From assembly GCA_011364985.1 (NCBI GenBank), contig RDOC01000001.1, positions 288,001 to 352,000 of the forward strand: 64,000 nucleotides of DNA. The letters are read 5' to 3'. The translations under genes and the position numbers were made by a program. Below the pieces are notes generated by a model. That model searched no databases. It saw only the letters and a program-made list of their open reading frames with translations, and was not told the DNA's origin. Below are positions 38,717-49,233 of the stretch, in pieces (within the stretch, counting starts at the first letter, position 1; each line of letters starts with the position of its first letter). Origin of the DNA: Candidatus Thorarchaeota archaeon (lineage in GTDB: Archaea; Asgardarchaeota; Thorarchaeia; Thorarchaeales; Thorarchaeaceae).

Positions 38717-39478
38717 GTGTCTGAAACCGTGATTCGAACCGAACACCTCAGCAAGACCTTCGAAAAAGGAAAGGCACAGGAGGTACGTGCCCTCAAGAGC
38801 GTGAGTCTTGACATCCAGAAGGGCGAGGTCTTTGGATTACTGGGGCCTAACGGAGCAGGAAAGACAACTCTCATTCGTATTCTTGTTGGTCTCCTGACGC
38901 CTACCTCTGGAAGGGCGTGGGTACTTGACAGGGACGTGGTTGAGGATATTGATTACATCCGCCCGAGAGTTGCCCTACTACCTCAGGAAGCAGGTATCTA
39001 TGAGCGGCTTACTGCTCGTGAAAATCTCATCTACTACGGTGGCCTCTATGGAATTCCGGATGATGCCCTGCAGGAACGAACCGACAGGCTCTTGGACATA
39101 GTTGGTCTTAGAGAGAAGGAAGACTATCAGGTGAGGGGATTTAGTGGAGGCATGAAGAGAAAGGTGCTTGTAGCCCGTGCCCTAATCATTGAACCACAAA
39201 TAGTCTTTATGGATGAGCCAACCACAGGAATTGATACGATTGGTGCTCGTGTTGTTCGAAACATGCTCAAAAAGATAAGCTCGGAACACAAGCAGACGGT
39301 CATTCTCACAACACATGACCTCCATGAAGTAGAGGAGTTATGCAATAGGGTCGGAATCCTGAACGATGGGAATCTTGCTGCAGTGGGGAAGCCTAGCGCA
39401 CTCGAAGAAGAATTCAAGGCGGCAAACCTAGAAGAGGTCTTTACCGGCTTAGTCACAGGAGAGGGTGTATATGATTAG
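38717..39478 (+). CDS. ABC transporter ATP-binding protein (ABC-2/NatA-like)
   Basis: GPNGAGKTT, FSGGMKRK, FMDEPTTG, LTTH. Confidence 0.95.
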   Translation: MSETVIRTEHLSKTFEKGKAQEVRALKSVSLDIQKGEVFGLLGPNGAGKTTLIRILVGLLTPTSGRAWVLDRDVVEDIDYIRPRVALLPQEAGIYERLTARENLIYYGGLYGIPDDALQERTDRLLDIVGLREKEDYQVRGFSGGMKRKVLVARALIIEPQIVFMDEPTTGIDTIGARVVRNMLKKISSEHKQTVILTTHDLHEVEELCNRVGILNDGNLAAVGKPSALEEEFKAANLEEVFTGLVTGEGVYD

Positions 39479-40688
39479 TGGATCTCGACAGCATAGACTG
39501 GACCCAAAGATGGTTTGGTTGCTAAGAAAGGAGATTAAATCGGTTCTTAGATCTAGATGGCTACTTGTGGGATTCATTATTAGTCCGTTATTTGCATGGA
39601 TGTTCCAAGGAGCCTTCCTAGGTTTCGTCTATGCACAAGCCTCTGTGGAGCCAGAACGCATCTATATCACAAACGAGGATGCAGGAATATGGGGAGATTA
39701 TGTCTATGGAAATCTTTCGGAATCAATGGACACACTTCTAATCTCAGAGCTTGTTGATGTCACATATGAAGAAGGAGTGGAGATGACTGACAACATCACT
39801 GTGTCAGTCTGGATTTATATTCCAGCGTATTTCACCGAGAAGCTGTTATCAAATACTACTTCTCATATAAGTCCTCTAAACATCACATATAATGCTGCTA
39901 GTTTCAGAGCTTCATCTGCTGCAACTAGACTCACTAATTACATATCTGGCATTGTGAATAGTCTCCTTATTGAAAGACTGGTGAATATCCAGCGAAATTC
40001 TGTTGCACCTCAGGCGAATTACGGTCACCAGCTCGCCATATTCTTGGTCATGCTGACCTCGGTTCTAGCTCCCAGTCCATATGTAGGTCAGTCTTTTGCT
40101 GGAGAGAGAGAGCGACATACCCTAGAAGCGCTCTTGGTTGTGCCGATGAGCCGTTTGAGGATTCTTTTCACAAAACTCGTGGCAGGACTCCTATTGACTC
40201 TCATATACTCAGTATTCACTGTGGTGGGAATTGTCACGTACAATCTCTTGGTCATACTAAGAGCCCAAGGTGCAATTGGAGGGGAGGCGGCCATTGCATA
40301 CTATAGCGTTGATTTAGCATCTGTTCCCCTAATCGTGTTTTGCCAGCTCCTAGTTCTGCTGACCGCAATTTCAATCGGCGTTGTTATCTCATGTATCGCC
40401 AAGGATCAAGCTTCAGCCGAATCAATCAACAATTTAGTACTCCTTGTGCCAACAATGGTAATTGGTATCTTGGGATTCACAGGAAGCATCCTCCAATATG
40501 GAGGCCTCTTTGGACTCGCGGTGCTGGCAATTCCATTCAGCCATGCTGTGATATTCCTAAATGGCGTACTTGTGGGAAATGCGACAGCAGCCAGTCTGGT
40601 GGTTAATGTAGTCTATATGTTAGTCTTCACCATCGTCTTTCTAATCATTGGTGCCAAACTCTTTGAGCGTGAAGCTATAATCGTTTAG
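39471..40688 (+). CDS. ABC-2 type permease (NatB-like)
   Basis: AGERERHTLEALLVVP...KLVA; six or more TM segments plus an extracellular loop. Confidence 0.88.
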   Translation: MISGSRQHRLDPKMVWLLRKEIKSVLRSRWLLVGFIISPLFAWMFQGAFLGFVYAQASVEPERIYITNEDAGIWGDYVYGNLSESMDTLLISELVDVTYEEGVEMTDNITVSVWIYIPAYFTEKLLSNTTSHISPLNITYNAASFRASSAATRLTNYISGIVNSLLIERLVNIQRNSVAPQANYGHQLAIFLVMLTSVLAPSPYVGQSFAGERERHTLEALLVVPMSRLRILFTKLVAGLLLTLIYSVFTVVGIVTYNLLVILRAQGAIGGEAAIAYYSVDLASVPLIVFCQLLVLLTAISIGVVISCIAKDQASAESINNLVLLVPTMVIGILGFTGSILQYGGLFGLAVLAIPFSHAVIFLNGVLVGNATAASLVVNVVYMLVFTIVFLIIGAKLFEREAIIV

Positions 40689-40702
40689 ACCGTGGATTCT
40701 GC

Positions 40703-42100
40703 CTATTGAACAGGCCACTTGGGCTGAATATCAACTCCAGATCTCTCCAGAAGAGCACGACTATGTTCAATAGCATTGTCTATGACTTGGTCTTCATTAA
40801 GAGTCAGGAGTTTCTTTCCATTCATTAGAAGACGACCATTCACAATAACCGTATCAACGGCGTGACCAATACCGGCATAAACAAGGTTCGACACAGGATT
40901 CGAATTCGGAGTTAGACCAATCTCTCTCATGTTGACAAGAATGATGTCTGCCAGTTTTCCAGTCTCCAGAGATCCTACCATATTGTCAAGTCCCATGGCA
41001 ACTGCACCACCAAGAGTGGCCATCTCAATGGCAGTTTCTGCAGGTACCACAAGAGGATTCGAAACCTTTGCCTTGTGAATAAGAGCTGCTAAGCGCATTT
41101 CACGGATCATATCGTAGGTATTGTTGCTTGGACCTCCATCACATGCAATCGAAACAGGAACTCCTGCTTCTAGCATGTCAGGAATTCTAGCAAAGCCAGA
41201 TGCCAGCTTCAAGTTGCTTGATGGGCAGTGAGCAATGTTTGCGCGGTACTTCGCTAATCGTGTCAAGTCATTATCGTCGAGGTGAATTCCATGGGCAAAG
41301 ACCATTCTTGGAGTTAGTAGACCCATTTCTTCAGCAAATTCTGTGAGAGTCTGATTGAAGTTGTCACGAACATAGCGAACATCATCCACTATCTCGCCTA
41401 GATGCATAGTCATATGCGTTTCCTTCTCCTCAGAGAGTTGGACCACCTCTTTGAATAAGTCAGGAGAGACTGCACCTAGCGAACGTAACCCATACCAGAC
41501 TTCAAGACGACCATCTGCTTTTCCATGCCATTTGTTGTACATACGATCTGTTTCGTCAAGACAAGCGTCATGGTCTTCAATCATTCCTGGATACATTATG
41601 TCTGAACTATCAGCATAGCCAGTGGAATCCATTATTATCTTTGAGAGAGCTGCCCTCATCCCAACTTGTTCGACCGCCTTGGCAATCTTATCAAACCCAT
41701 ATCTTGAGTGTATCATGCATTCGATAAAAGAGGTTGTCCCTGTTCGTATCATCTCCGCCATGCATAGCTCAGCGGAAACCTTCCCGTCATCACCCTCAAA
41801 GTTGCCCTGAAGAACCCACACGTATTTCTTGAGCCAGTCAACAAGAGAAACGTCGTCAGCACACCCGCGAATTAGGGCTTGTGCTAGATGTACATGTGTA
41901 TCCACAAGACCCGGCATGACAATCATTCCTCTGGCATCAAGAACTAGTTCTGCATTCCTGCTACTGAGAGCATCACTCTTTCCAACCTCTGCAATCCACT
42001 TGTTCTTGATGTAGACGGACCCATTTTGGAAGATTCGCCTTTTGGAATCCAGAGTGATTACATAGCCATTCTTGATAAGGATTGATTCAGGAGAGACCAT
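40703..42100 (-). CDS. Amidohydrolase, MTA/SAH deaminase / AtzA / SsnA-like (probable start ATG 42100)
   Basis: PGLVDTHVH, MHLGE, AHGIH, HCPSSNLKLASG, DGGPSNN, GSLETGKLAD. Confidence 0.88.
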   Translation of the reverse strand: MVSPESILIKNGYVITLDSKRRIFQNGSVYIKNKWIAEVGKSDALSSRNAELVLDARGMIVMPGLVDTHVHLAQALIRGCADDVSLVDWLKKYVWVLQGNFEGDDGKVSAELCMAEMIRTGTTSFIECMIHSRYGFDKIAKAVEQVGMRAALSKIIMDSTGYADSSDIMYPGMIEDHDACLDETDRMYNKWHGKADGRLEVWYGLRSLGAVSPDLFKEVVQLSEEKETHMTMHLGEIVDDVRYVRDNFNQTLTEFAEEMGLLTPRMVFAHGIHLDDNDLTRLAKYRANIAHCPSSNLKLASGFARIPDMLEAGVPVSIACDGGPSNNTYDMIREMRLAALIHKAKVSNPLVVPAETAIEMATLGGAVAMGLDNMVGSLETGKLADIILVNMREIGLTPNSNPVSNLVYAGIGHAVDTVIVNGRLLMNGKKLLTLNEDQVIDNAIEHSRALLERSGVDIQPKWPVQ

Positions 42101-42164
42101 GTTCAATGCCTCTATCTCTCCAAGAGAGATGTATCTATGACATAATGATTGTGGTAGCAGGATT

Positions 42165-43982
42165 CTAGGCAGCAGGGTCTTTTGATGCGCATCGGAATTC
42201 AATACTTACCTTAAGCCCCGTTTCGGGTTTTCCTTCTATCCGATCCTGAACCTTCAGTTTAGCACCGTACTTCTCGGCCAGGCGCCGAACCAAGTGTAGT
42301 CCAACTCCACCAAAACGACGACCAGCATCGAATAATCTCTCCTTCTTGCCGCTATTCAGCCCAAGACCATCGTCAGCAAATGCTAGCAGAAACGTGTCTC
42401 CAAAGTCATGGCCTGCAATCCAGAGAGTCTTAATGTCCTTTGGGTTATGCCTCACACCGTTCTCCATTATGTTCCATATAAGCTGAGAAAGAGCGCTGTC
42501 AGCATAAACAAACACGCTCTCAGGGATGCGGTAGATCTCCATGTTCACCTCATATTGCTTGACGATATCCTTAATCTCATGCTGAAGTACTGGAACCAAA
42601 TCAACTGGACTGAGAGGCTCACTCTTGGCTTCCTCAGCCTTTCGAACCTTTGATATGAGCTCGATGCTCCGAACTGCACCATCCAATACATACTGCCTTG
42701 CCTTTTGAATTTCTTCGGGCTCACAGTTTTCATGAATCAAGTCACCACCGGCAAGTATTAGCTGCAATTGATTTCCAATATCATGAAGCAATAGGTCAAG
42801 AAGAAACCGTGCTTCGTTTTCCGCCGCCTTGAGGGCAGAAACATCACTAAAGATGCCAAAACTCCCAATATATTGTCCATCAGGTCCAAATACTGGAGCC
42901 GCAGAAACCACTGTAGGAACTAGTCTTCCTGACTTTGTCACTAGTTTCGCTTCATAATGTTCAATTCCACCAGCCTTTCGAGCGGCAAGTCTGCCATCCT
43001 GTTCCTCATCGCTAATTCCCTGTACAATCATGTGACTCGGAACGCCAATCAATTCTTGTTCGTCATATTCCAGCATGTCGCATAATGCCTGGTTGGCGTA
43101 GACAAGACGACCGTCTTCATCATCAAGTCCAAGACCAGCGGTCATTGTTTCAACAAGGGTTCTCCAACGTCGTTCGCTCTCCTCCAGCTGATGACGACGA
43201 GCTCTTTCTTCGGTGATGTCCATTAGCTGTGCAACTGATTTCGCAGACCCATCTTCTGTCGCAAGCATGCTAGCGTACATTGCCATTTCCCGAGTGGATC
43301 CATTGGGGAGCACAATCTTGAATTCATAGCTTGGAGGCACTTTTTCTCCAGTCTGCCTTTGTCTGTACCGTTCTGTAACGATTTCAACACTTTCAGGGTG
43401 AAGAAATCGACGAAAGTCTTGTCCAAGTAGCTCAGAACGTCTTCGCCCAACAATACTGCACAGCTTGTCATTAACATATTCGATACAAAACTGATCGTCA
43501 ATAATCATAATTCCAGTAAACCCAGAGTGCTCAATGGTGTATTCGAGAAGGTTCCTTCTATCGCGTAGCTTGTCCTCAACAGCGGTTCTTCTTGAGAGAT
43601 CAACCATGTACACTAAGAAACCCTCAAGATTTCCATTAGACATAATTCGTTCAGTATAGACCTGTACAGGAATCTGGACGTTATCCTTCCGGACAATTCT
43701 TAAGCTAATAGAAGTTGGATTTTGTTCTTTTGTTAGCTGGTTCAGGCCTTCGCGAACCAGATCCACCTGCTCTGGCGCAACAAGGTCATAGACAGGAACC
43801 TCTCTTTCAAGATCATTATCGTCTAGCTGAAGCATGTCTAATGCTTTGCGATTTGCATATTCAAGAGCGAAGTCGACTCCGACCTCAAGTACGGCCAATG
43901 GCATATTCTCAGCAACTTCACGAAATCTCGATCGGGCTCGCTTCATTTGGATTCCCAAATCTGTCTGTGTTGTCAGGGGCAT
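42165..43982 (-). CDS. Sensor histidine kinase with three PAS domains
   Basis: Three PAS/PAC repeats (YANRKA, YVNDKLC, YANQALC); H-box HDIGNQLQ, N-box NIMENGVRH, DDGLG, GVGL. Confidence 0.88.
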   Translation of the reverse strand: MPLTTQTDLGIQMKRARSRFREVAENMPLAVLEVGVDFALEYANRKALDMLQLDDNDLEREVPVYDLVAPEQVDLVREGLNQLTKEQNPTSISLRIVRKDNVQIPVQVYTERIMSNGNLEGFLVYMVDLSRRTAVEDKLRDRRNLLEYTIEHSGFTGIMIIDDQFCIEYVNDKLCSIVGRRRSELLGQDFRRFLHPESVEIVTERYRQRQTGEKVPPSYEFKIVLPNGSTREMAMYASMLATEDGSAKSVAQLMDITEERARRHQLEESERRWRTLVETMTAGLGLDDEDGRLVYANQALCDMLEYDEQELIGVPSHMIVQGISDEEQDGRLAARKAGGIEHYEAKLVTKSGRLVPTVVSAAPVFGPDGQYIGSFGIFSDVSALKAAENEARFLLDLLLHDIGNQLQLILAGGDLIHENCEPEEIQKARQYVLDGAVRSIELISKVRKAEEAKSEPLSPVDLVPVLQHEIKDIVKQYEVNMEIYRIPESVFVYADSALSQLIWNIMENGVRHNPKDIKTLWIAGHDFGDTFLLAFADDGLGLNSGKKERLFDAGRRFGGVGLHLVRRLAEKYGAKLKVQDRIEGKPETGLKVSIEFRCASKDPAA

Positions 43983-44206
43983 TTCTTTATATTATAGCTT
44001 AATAAGGGTTCATAGGAGAGAGGGGGACTTCAGATCGCCCGGCACGAGCGTCTAAGGAATCCCATGATGGGTTCTCTTCTATATCCAAGTATTCTCATCA
44101 TCCAATTTGTAGAGAAACCGTAGACTGCCTTCTTTCAAGAATATACATGATGGCAACGACTTATAGCCTTAAATAGATTCGATAAGAAGGCTAAAGGCTC
44201 ACGGAG

Positions 44207-44710
44207 ATGTTCAAGGATTTGACGAAGATTCTTGCTATTGATGTAGAGAAATGCACAGGATGCAGAAACTGCGAGTTGGCATGTTCAATTCACCACACTG
44301 GCACCTTCAATCCTAGAAGAGCGAGAATTCAAGTCATAAAAGAAGAAAGAAAAGATTTGGTTGTTCCCATTGTATGCCTTCAGTGTGAATCTCCCCTCTG
44401 TGAGAAGGCCTGCCCGAACGGAGCAATTCAAAGAAATGAATTTGGGACACTCTACGTCAATAATGAGGTGTGCATTGGATGTCAAAATTGTGTGGCAGCC
44501 TGTATTTATGGAGGCATAGAGATTGACCCTTACACAAGGAAGGCAATCAAGTGCGATCTTTGTGGGGGCGATCCTGCCTGTATAAAGGCCTGCGATTATG
44601 GAGCAATCACCTTTGTTGAGTCCAGTCCAAAGGGACGGCTGCAGAGAGCAAAGGGCGTTGAAGTGCTCTCTCAAATCTTCGAAGCAAGCTTCGCGGAGGC
44701 TGAAGAATGA
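44207..44710 (+). CDS. 4x[4Fe-4S] electron-transfer subunit (WorS/DmsB-like)
   Basis: CTGCRNC..AC, CLQC...CEKACP, CIGCQNCVAAC, KCDLC...PACIKAC; ATGA overlap with the downstream AOR. Confidence 0.92.
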   Translation: MFKDLTKILAIDVEKCTGCRNCELACSIHHTGTFNPRRARIQVIKEERKDLVVPIVCLQCESPLCEKACPNGAIQRNEFGTLYVNNEVCIGCQNCVAACIYGGIEIDPYTRKAIKCDLCGGDPACIKACDYGAITFVESSPKGRLQRAKGVEVLSQIFEASFAEAEE

Positions 44711-46635
44711 CTTTTCCATACAAGGGATATGCCGGACAATATCTAGACATCGACTTATCCAAGGGTAAAGTTTTGAAGCGAAAGATGGAAGAGGAATGGG
44801 CAAGACTGTACCTTGGAGGCACTGGAGTTGCGGCCAAGATTTTATGGGACCGGACAGGTCCCAAGACGAACCCCTTCTCTCCACAGAACATTGTAGTTGT
44901 GGGAACGGGACCCTTGACAGGAGTGATGTTCTCGCCATCTGGAAGATTCATGTTTGCCTCCAAATCGCCGCTCACTGGAGTGTGGGCAGAAAGCCACGCC
45001 GGTGGGTTCTTTGGGCCCGAGATGAAATATGCAGGTGTTGACTTCATTATATTCAATGGCCGGTCTCCAAAGCCAGTCTACCTTTTTCTTAGGGACGGAA
45101 AGGCGGAGTTGCTAGATGCAAGTGCCCTTTGGGGAAGAGAAACTGCTGAGACCACAGATATGATTCGAGAACAGCACAAAAATCCCGAAATAGAAACTGC
45201 TGTTATTGGTCCAGCAGGTGAGAATCAAGTCCTCTATTCATGCATAATTGTCGACTACTATCGGGCTGCGGGGCGCACAGGAATTGGCGCTGTCTTAGGA
45301 TCAAAGAATGTCAAGGGAATTGCAGCCTCTGGATCTCTTGGTCTTGAGGCCTATGACATGGAGAAGTACCTCGCCGCGAATGAGGGGGAGATGGAAAAGC
45401 TGAATGACCCGCTCTGGAAGGAGTCACTTTCCTCACTCAGAAGATACGGAACAACGGACTTGGTTGCTATAATCAACGAAATTGGCCGCTTGCCAACCAA
45501 GAATCATTGGACTGGCTTTTACGAAGACGCTGATGACATTGGACCCGAGGCAATAGCAACGAAATTTCGAATTGCACAGGAAGCCTGTCATGGATGCGCC
45601 ATCGGCTGTAAGTATATCTACAAGATAATGGACGGACCTTTTGTAGGAGGACCAGCGGGAGGACCAGAGTACGAAACCCTCATGGCATTTGGATCCAACT
45701 GCATGAACAACGATCTGGCTTCCATCATTCACCTAGGAACAAAATGTGACCTCCTCGGACTTGATACAATATCATGTGGAAAGAGCATAAGCTTTGCAAT
45801 GGACCTCTGGGAACAGGGGATTCTTACCGAGAAAGATACAGGCGGTCTTGACCTGTCTTGGGGAAATGTAGACTCAATGGTTCAACTTGTGGAGATGATT
45901 GCAAAACGAGAGGGCCTCGGTAGGCTCCTTAGTAAGGGAGTACGCAAGGCAGCAGAGAAGATTGGGGGCGATGCCTGGAAATATGCAGTCCATGTCAAGG
46001 GCCTTGAAGCTTCTGGACAAGACCCAAGGGCGCATCAGTCGGTTGGTCTTACCTATGCAACTAATGTGCGCGGAGCTGACCATCTCAGGAGCTTATCAAG
46101 TCTAGAAGAACTTGGTTATCCTGAAATTGTCACTCAACGATTCGGAGAGGAAAAGACCGAAGCAATCTTGGACATAATGTCGCCAAGACACAAGGGCGAG
46201 CTTGTCTGGGACATGGAAGACCTCTATGCAATCGTCGATAGTGCTGTGATTTGCAAGTATGGGACAATGTGGCCGCCAGTATTCTACTTTGATACCTTTA
46301 GTAATGTCATCACGCCTCTGACGGGTATGAAGGAATGGTCGGACCCGAAGTATGTACGAAGGACAGCAGAAAGAATAAGCCATCTACGCAGGGCATTCAA
46401 TCACAGACTTGGGATTACACGAAAGGAGGAGACTCTGCCAAAGAGACTTCTCCAAGACCCAATGCCAACAGGCCCATCAAAGGGCGGACTTCCGGATTTG
46501 GCTGAGATGCTTGACGAGTACTATGACTTCAGAGGCTGCGATAGAGAAACAGGTTATCCAAGGAAGGAGAAGCTTCTAGAGCTTGGATTGGACTATGTAG
46601 CAAAAGATCTTGAGCAACGGAAAATGCTTAGATGA
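44707..46635 (+). CDS. aor: Tungsten/molybdenum aldehyde:ferredoxin oxidoreductase family large subunit
   Basis: KSPLTG, IGPAGEN, AAGRTGIGAVLGSKNVK, CHGCAIGC, GPEYET, GLDTIS, RGADH, ICKY. Confidence 0.93.
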   Translation: MTFPYKGYAGQYLDIDLSKGKVLKRKMEEEWARLYLGGTGVAAKILWDRTGPKTNPFSPQNIVVVGTGPLTGVMFSPSGRFMFASKSPLTGVWAESHAGGFFGPEMKYAGVDFIIFNGRSPKPVYLFLRDGKAELLDASALWGRETAETTDMIREQHKNPEIETAVIGPAGENQVLYSCIIVDYYRAAGRTGIGAVLGSKNVKGIAASGSLGLEAYDMEKYLAANEGEMEKLNDPLWKESLSSLRRYGTTDLVAIINEIGRLPTKNHWTGFYEDADDIGPEAIATKFRIAQEACHGCAIGCKYIYKIMDGPFVGGPAGGPEYETLMAFGSNCMNNDLASIIHLGTKCDLLGLDTISCGKSISFAMDLWEQGILTEKDTGGLDLSWGNVDSMVQLVEMIAKREGLGRLLSKGVRKAAEKIGGDAWKYAVHVKGLEASGQDPRAHQSVGLTYATNVRGADHLRSLSSLEELGYPEIVTQRFGEEKTEAILDIMSPRHKGELVWDMEDLYAIVDSAVICKYGTMWPPVFYFDTFSNVITPLTGMKEWSDPKYVRRTAERISHLRRAFNHRLGITRKEETLPKRLLQDPMPTGPSKGGLPDLAEMLDEYYDFRGCDRETGYPRKEKLLELGLDYVAKDLEQRKMLR

Positions 46636-46883
46636 TGAGAACGCTCTGGTCAAAAGGTCCAAGAATAGTCACTTAAAATGGGCACTACGACTAAGGACAG
46701 CATTGGCTTTGGTCCAAGTGCGTTCGCCTGCGATAGCTCAAGGGAAGAGCATGAAGAGAGAGTTTGCTAGATTACAGGAGCCACATGGTCAGACTAAGCT
46801 CGCAGAAACCAGCTTACTTGTAGAGCTAATATGTCCAAAAGTCTCAAGCAACTCTTATGTTGATGCGCGGCTTACAGCAAGGC

Positions 46884-47978
46884 ATGGCAGACCTAAAGGT
46901 AGAGATTGCTGGACTTAAATTCAGGAACCCTGTTCTTACGGCAGCTGGTCCTACGTCCCGAAATGGCATGACGCTGTTGAATGCTGCTGCTGGCGGCGTA
47001 GGTGGTCTTGTCGCAAAGACTGTAAGTGTCACACGGGCTGATGTTCCCAAACCAAATATGTCTGCATTTGGTAGCGGAAGAGTAGAATCGAAACGAGGTA
47101 TTCTAAATGCTGAACTCTGGAGTGAGATTTCAATTGAGCAATGGCTCGAGAAGGAGTATGCCATTGCCCTCAGTTCGGGCTTGCCACTTATAGCTAGTGT
47201 GGGTTACACTCCAGACGAGGTGTCTGCAATTGCGCCCAGAATTGTTGAGAAAGGAGTCCATGGAATAGAGTTCAGTACACACTATGTAGGAGAACATGCA
47301 GAGATAGCAAAGGCACTTCGTGAATCTGTTGATGTGCCGATTTTTGCCAAGATTAGCCCAAAAGCGGATGTGGCATCTGTGGCAAAGGCTGTGGAACCAT
47401 TCATTGACGGTATCGTGGCCATTAATACGTACGGGCCTTGTCTCAGGATTGATATTGAAACAGGCAAGCCATTTCTCGGTAGTGAATACGGAGAAGGCTG
47501 GATGAGTGGCAGTGCGATCAAACCCATCGCCTTAAGATGCGTTGTGGAGATTGCTCGGACCATCAACAAACCTGTCATTGGAGTCGGTGGAGTGACAACG
47601 GGAAAGGATGCTATCGAATTCTTCATGGCTGGGGCGTCAGCAGTTGAAGTTTGCACGGCGGCAATTCTTGAAGGGAATACTGTCTATGGGAAAATTGCGA
47701 AAGAGATCAATGAGTGGATGGATATGCACGAATACAAATCAATTGAAGACCTTCGCGGATTAGCTCTTCCACATCTTGCCAAAGGAGTATCCCTTAGACC
47801 ACCTCCAAAGGTCGATCTTGATGCATGTACTCGCTGCGGTCTATGTGAGAAATCGTGTGTATATCATGCCATCACGGTGAACAAGGCAGAGGATTTCTTT
47901 GAGATTAACAGCGAAACCTGCGAGGGATGCGGCATGTGTGTTTCAGTCTGCCCCTATAACGCGCTATCTATTGAATAG
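46884..47978 (+). CDS. PreA / dihydroorotate-dehydrogenase-like FMN protein with C-terminal 2x[4Fe-4S] domain
   Basis: NPVLTAAGP, VAKT, LNAELWSE, AINT, GWMSGSAIKPIALR, IGVGGV, CTRCGLC..SC, CEGCGMCVSVCP. Confidence 0.85.
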   Translation: MADLKVEIAGLKFRNPVLTAAGPTSRNGMTLLNAAAGGVGGLVAKTVSVTRADVPKPNMSAFGSGRVESKRGILNAELWSEISIEQWLEKEYAIALSSGLPLIASVGYTPDEVSAIAPRIVEKGVHGIEFSTHYVGEHAEIAKALRESVDVPIFAKISPKADVASVAKAVEPFIDGIVAINTYGPCLRIDIETGKPFLGSEYGEGWMSGSAIKPIALRCVVEIARTINKPVIGVGGVTTGKDAIEFFMAGASAVEVCTAAILEGNTVYGKIAKEINEWMDMHEYKSIEDLRGLALPHLAKGVSLRPPPKVDLDACTRCGLCEKSCVYHAITVNKAEDFFEINSETCEGCGMCVSVCPYNALSIE

Positions 47979-47990
47979 CTCAGCTTGAGA

Positions 47991-49184
47991 TTAGAGAAAC
48001 ACAAATGGATCGATTCCCTTTGTGAGGTGTGTGGCTTTGCCTGTCGTGACGGCATAGTCATCCTCTATTCGAACCCCGCCAAATCCCTCGAAATAGACCC
48101 CTGGTTCTATTGTAATGACATGACCCACTTCAAAATGGCCGTCACGGTCATAGGTACTAGGCTGTTCATGCACCTCTAGTCCAATGCCGTGCCCAAGACC
48201 ATGGGTCATCCCGTCCTTTGTTTCAGGGTCTAGGCGTCTGGATTTGTACCCATGCTTCCGAAGTGTATTGTAGCAAGCCATGTTTATTTCATCTATCTGC
48301 ACGCCTGCAGTAAGTGCATCAACAGAAGCCATATGGGCCTCATAGACTGCCTCGAACATATCTCTAAGCTTCTTTGATACTGTGCTCTTGACTATAGTTC
48401 TTGTCACATCAGCAATGTATCGTTCCCGCTTTAGTCTGGGAAAGACGTCAATAATGATTGGCACCTCGGCCTTCAGTTTGTCTTCTGGATTGCCCAGATA
48501 GTGCCAGTCGAACCCCTTCTCACCTACTGCAACAATGCAGTCTTCTGCAGACTCAGCACCTTGGTCAATTAGGAAATGATCAAGTGAGAGCTTGATGGCG
48601 CCGACAGTGACAGGCGTCCCATTGTGCATTAAGGTCTTGTTTGGACCAACATCAGTTTCCTTGACGAATTCAATGACCTGAGAGATGGCACCCATTGTCG
48701 CATCACCAGCTTTCTTGATGAGTTCAAGTTCTCGTTTGGACTTCGTTGCACGACCTTCAAGAAACAGATCTGATACTGCTTTCACATCATAGCCAAGCTT
48801 TTGAAGTCCGATGACAAGATATGCGGGCAGAGCGTTGGATATTCCAATGGTCTTGCCATCAAAAATCTCACCAAGAATCTTCCCCCAAAACCGTTCAGGA
48901 TTATCTGTTAATCTCTTTCCCGATGTGATGAGTTCCATATACAAGTCCGTTGCATCGTATGTATTCTCGACTATGCTTTCGTTCTTTAGCCGGTCTAATG
49001 TGTTTAGTCCTGTAATGCCGATTAAATTCTCGTCCTTTTGTTGGAAGACTCCTATATCATCAGGTGACCTAAATCGTGTCAGCCAGTAAATGTCCGGTAC
49101 TTCAAAGGCACTGCCATATGCAAATATGGCATCCACTTCATATTTTTGCATTAGTCTGTCCAGGTCCTTAAGCAAGGAAATCAC
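47991..49184 (-). CDS. Xaa-Pro aminopeptidase/dipeptidase (M24)
   Basis: IDVFP, YIADVTRT, HGLGHGIGLEVHE, TIEPGVY, GGVRIEDD. Confidence 0.92.
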   Translation of the reverse strand: MISLLKDLDRLMQKYEVDAIFAYGSAFEVPDIYWLTRFRSPDDIGVFQQKDENLIGITGLNTLDRLKNESIVENTYDATDLYMELITSGKRLTDNPERFWGKILGEIFDGKTIGISNALPAYLVIGLQKLGYDVKAVSDLFLEGRATKSKRELELIKKAGDATMGAISQVIEFVKETDVGPNKTLMHNGTPVTVGAIKLSLDHFLIDQGAESAEDCIVAVGEKGFDWHYLGNPEDKLKAEVPIIIDVFPRLKRERYIADVTRTIVKSTVSKKLRDMFEAVYEAHMASVDALTAGVQIDEINMACYNTLRKHGYKSRRLDPETKDGMTHGLGHGIGLEVHEQPSTYDRDGHFEVGHVITIEPGVYFEGFGGVRIEDDYAVTTGKATHLTKGIDPFVFL

Positions 49185-49233
49185 CCATTGGATGGCCTAT
49201 CATGTATTGAATAAGCCTTTCGAATACTCCTCG

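Noticed and set aside
44285-44938. 217-aa minus-strand ORF, and many similar 60-160-aa antisense ORFs
   Set aside because: These are shadow ORFs opposite well-supported genes, with no motifs.
46610-46918. 102-aa ORF bridging AOR 1 and the PreA-like gene
   Set aside because: It overlaps both neighbours and has no recognisable features.
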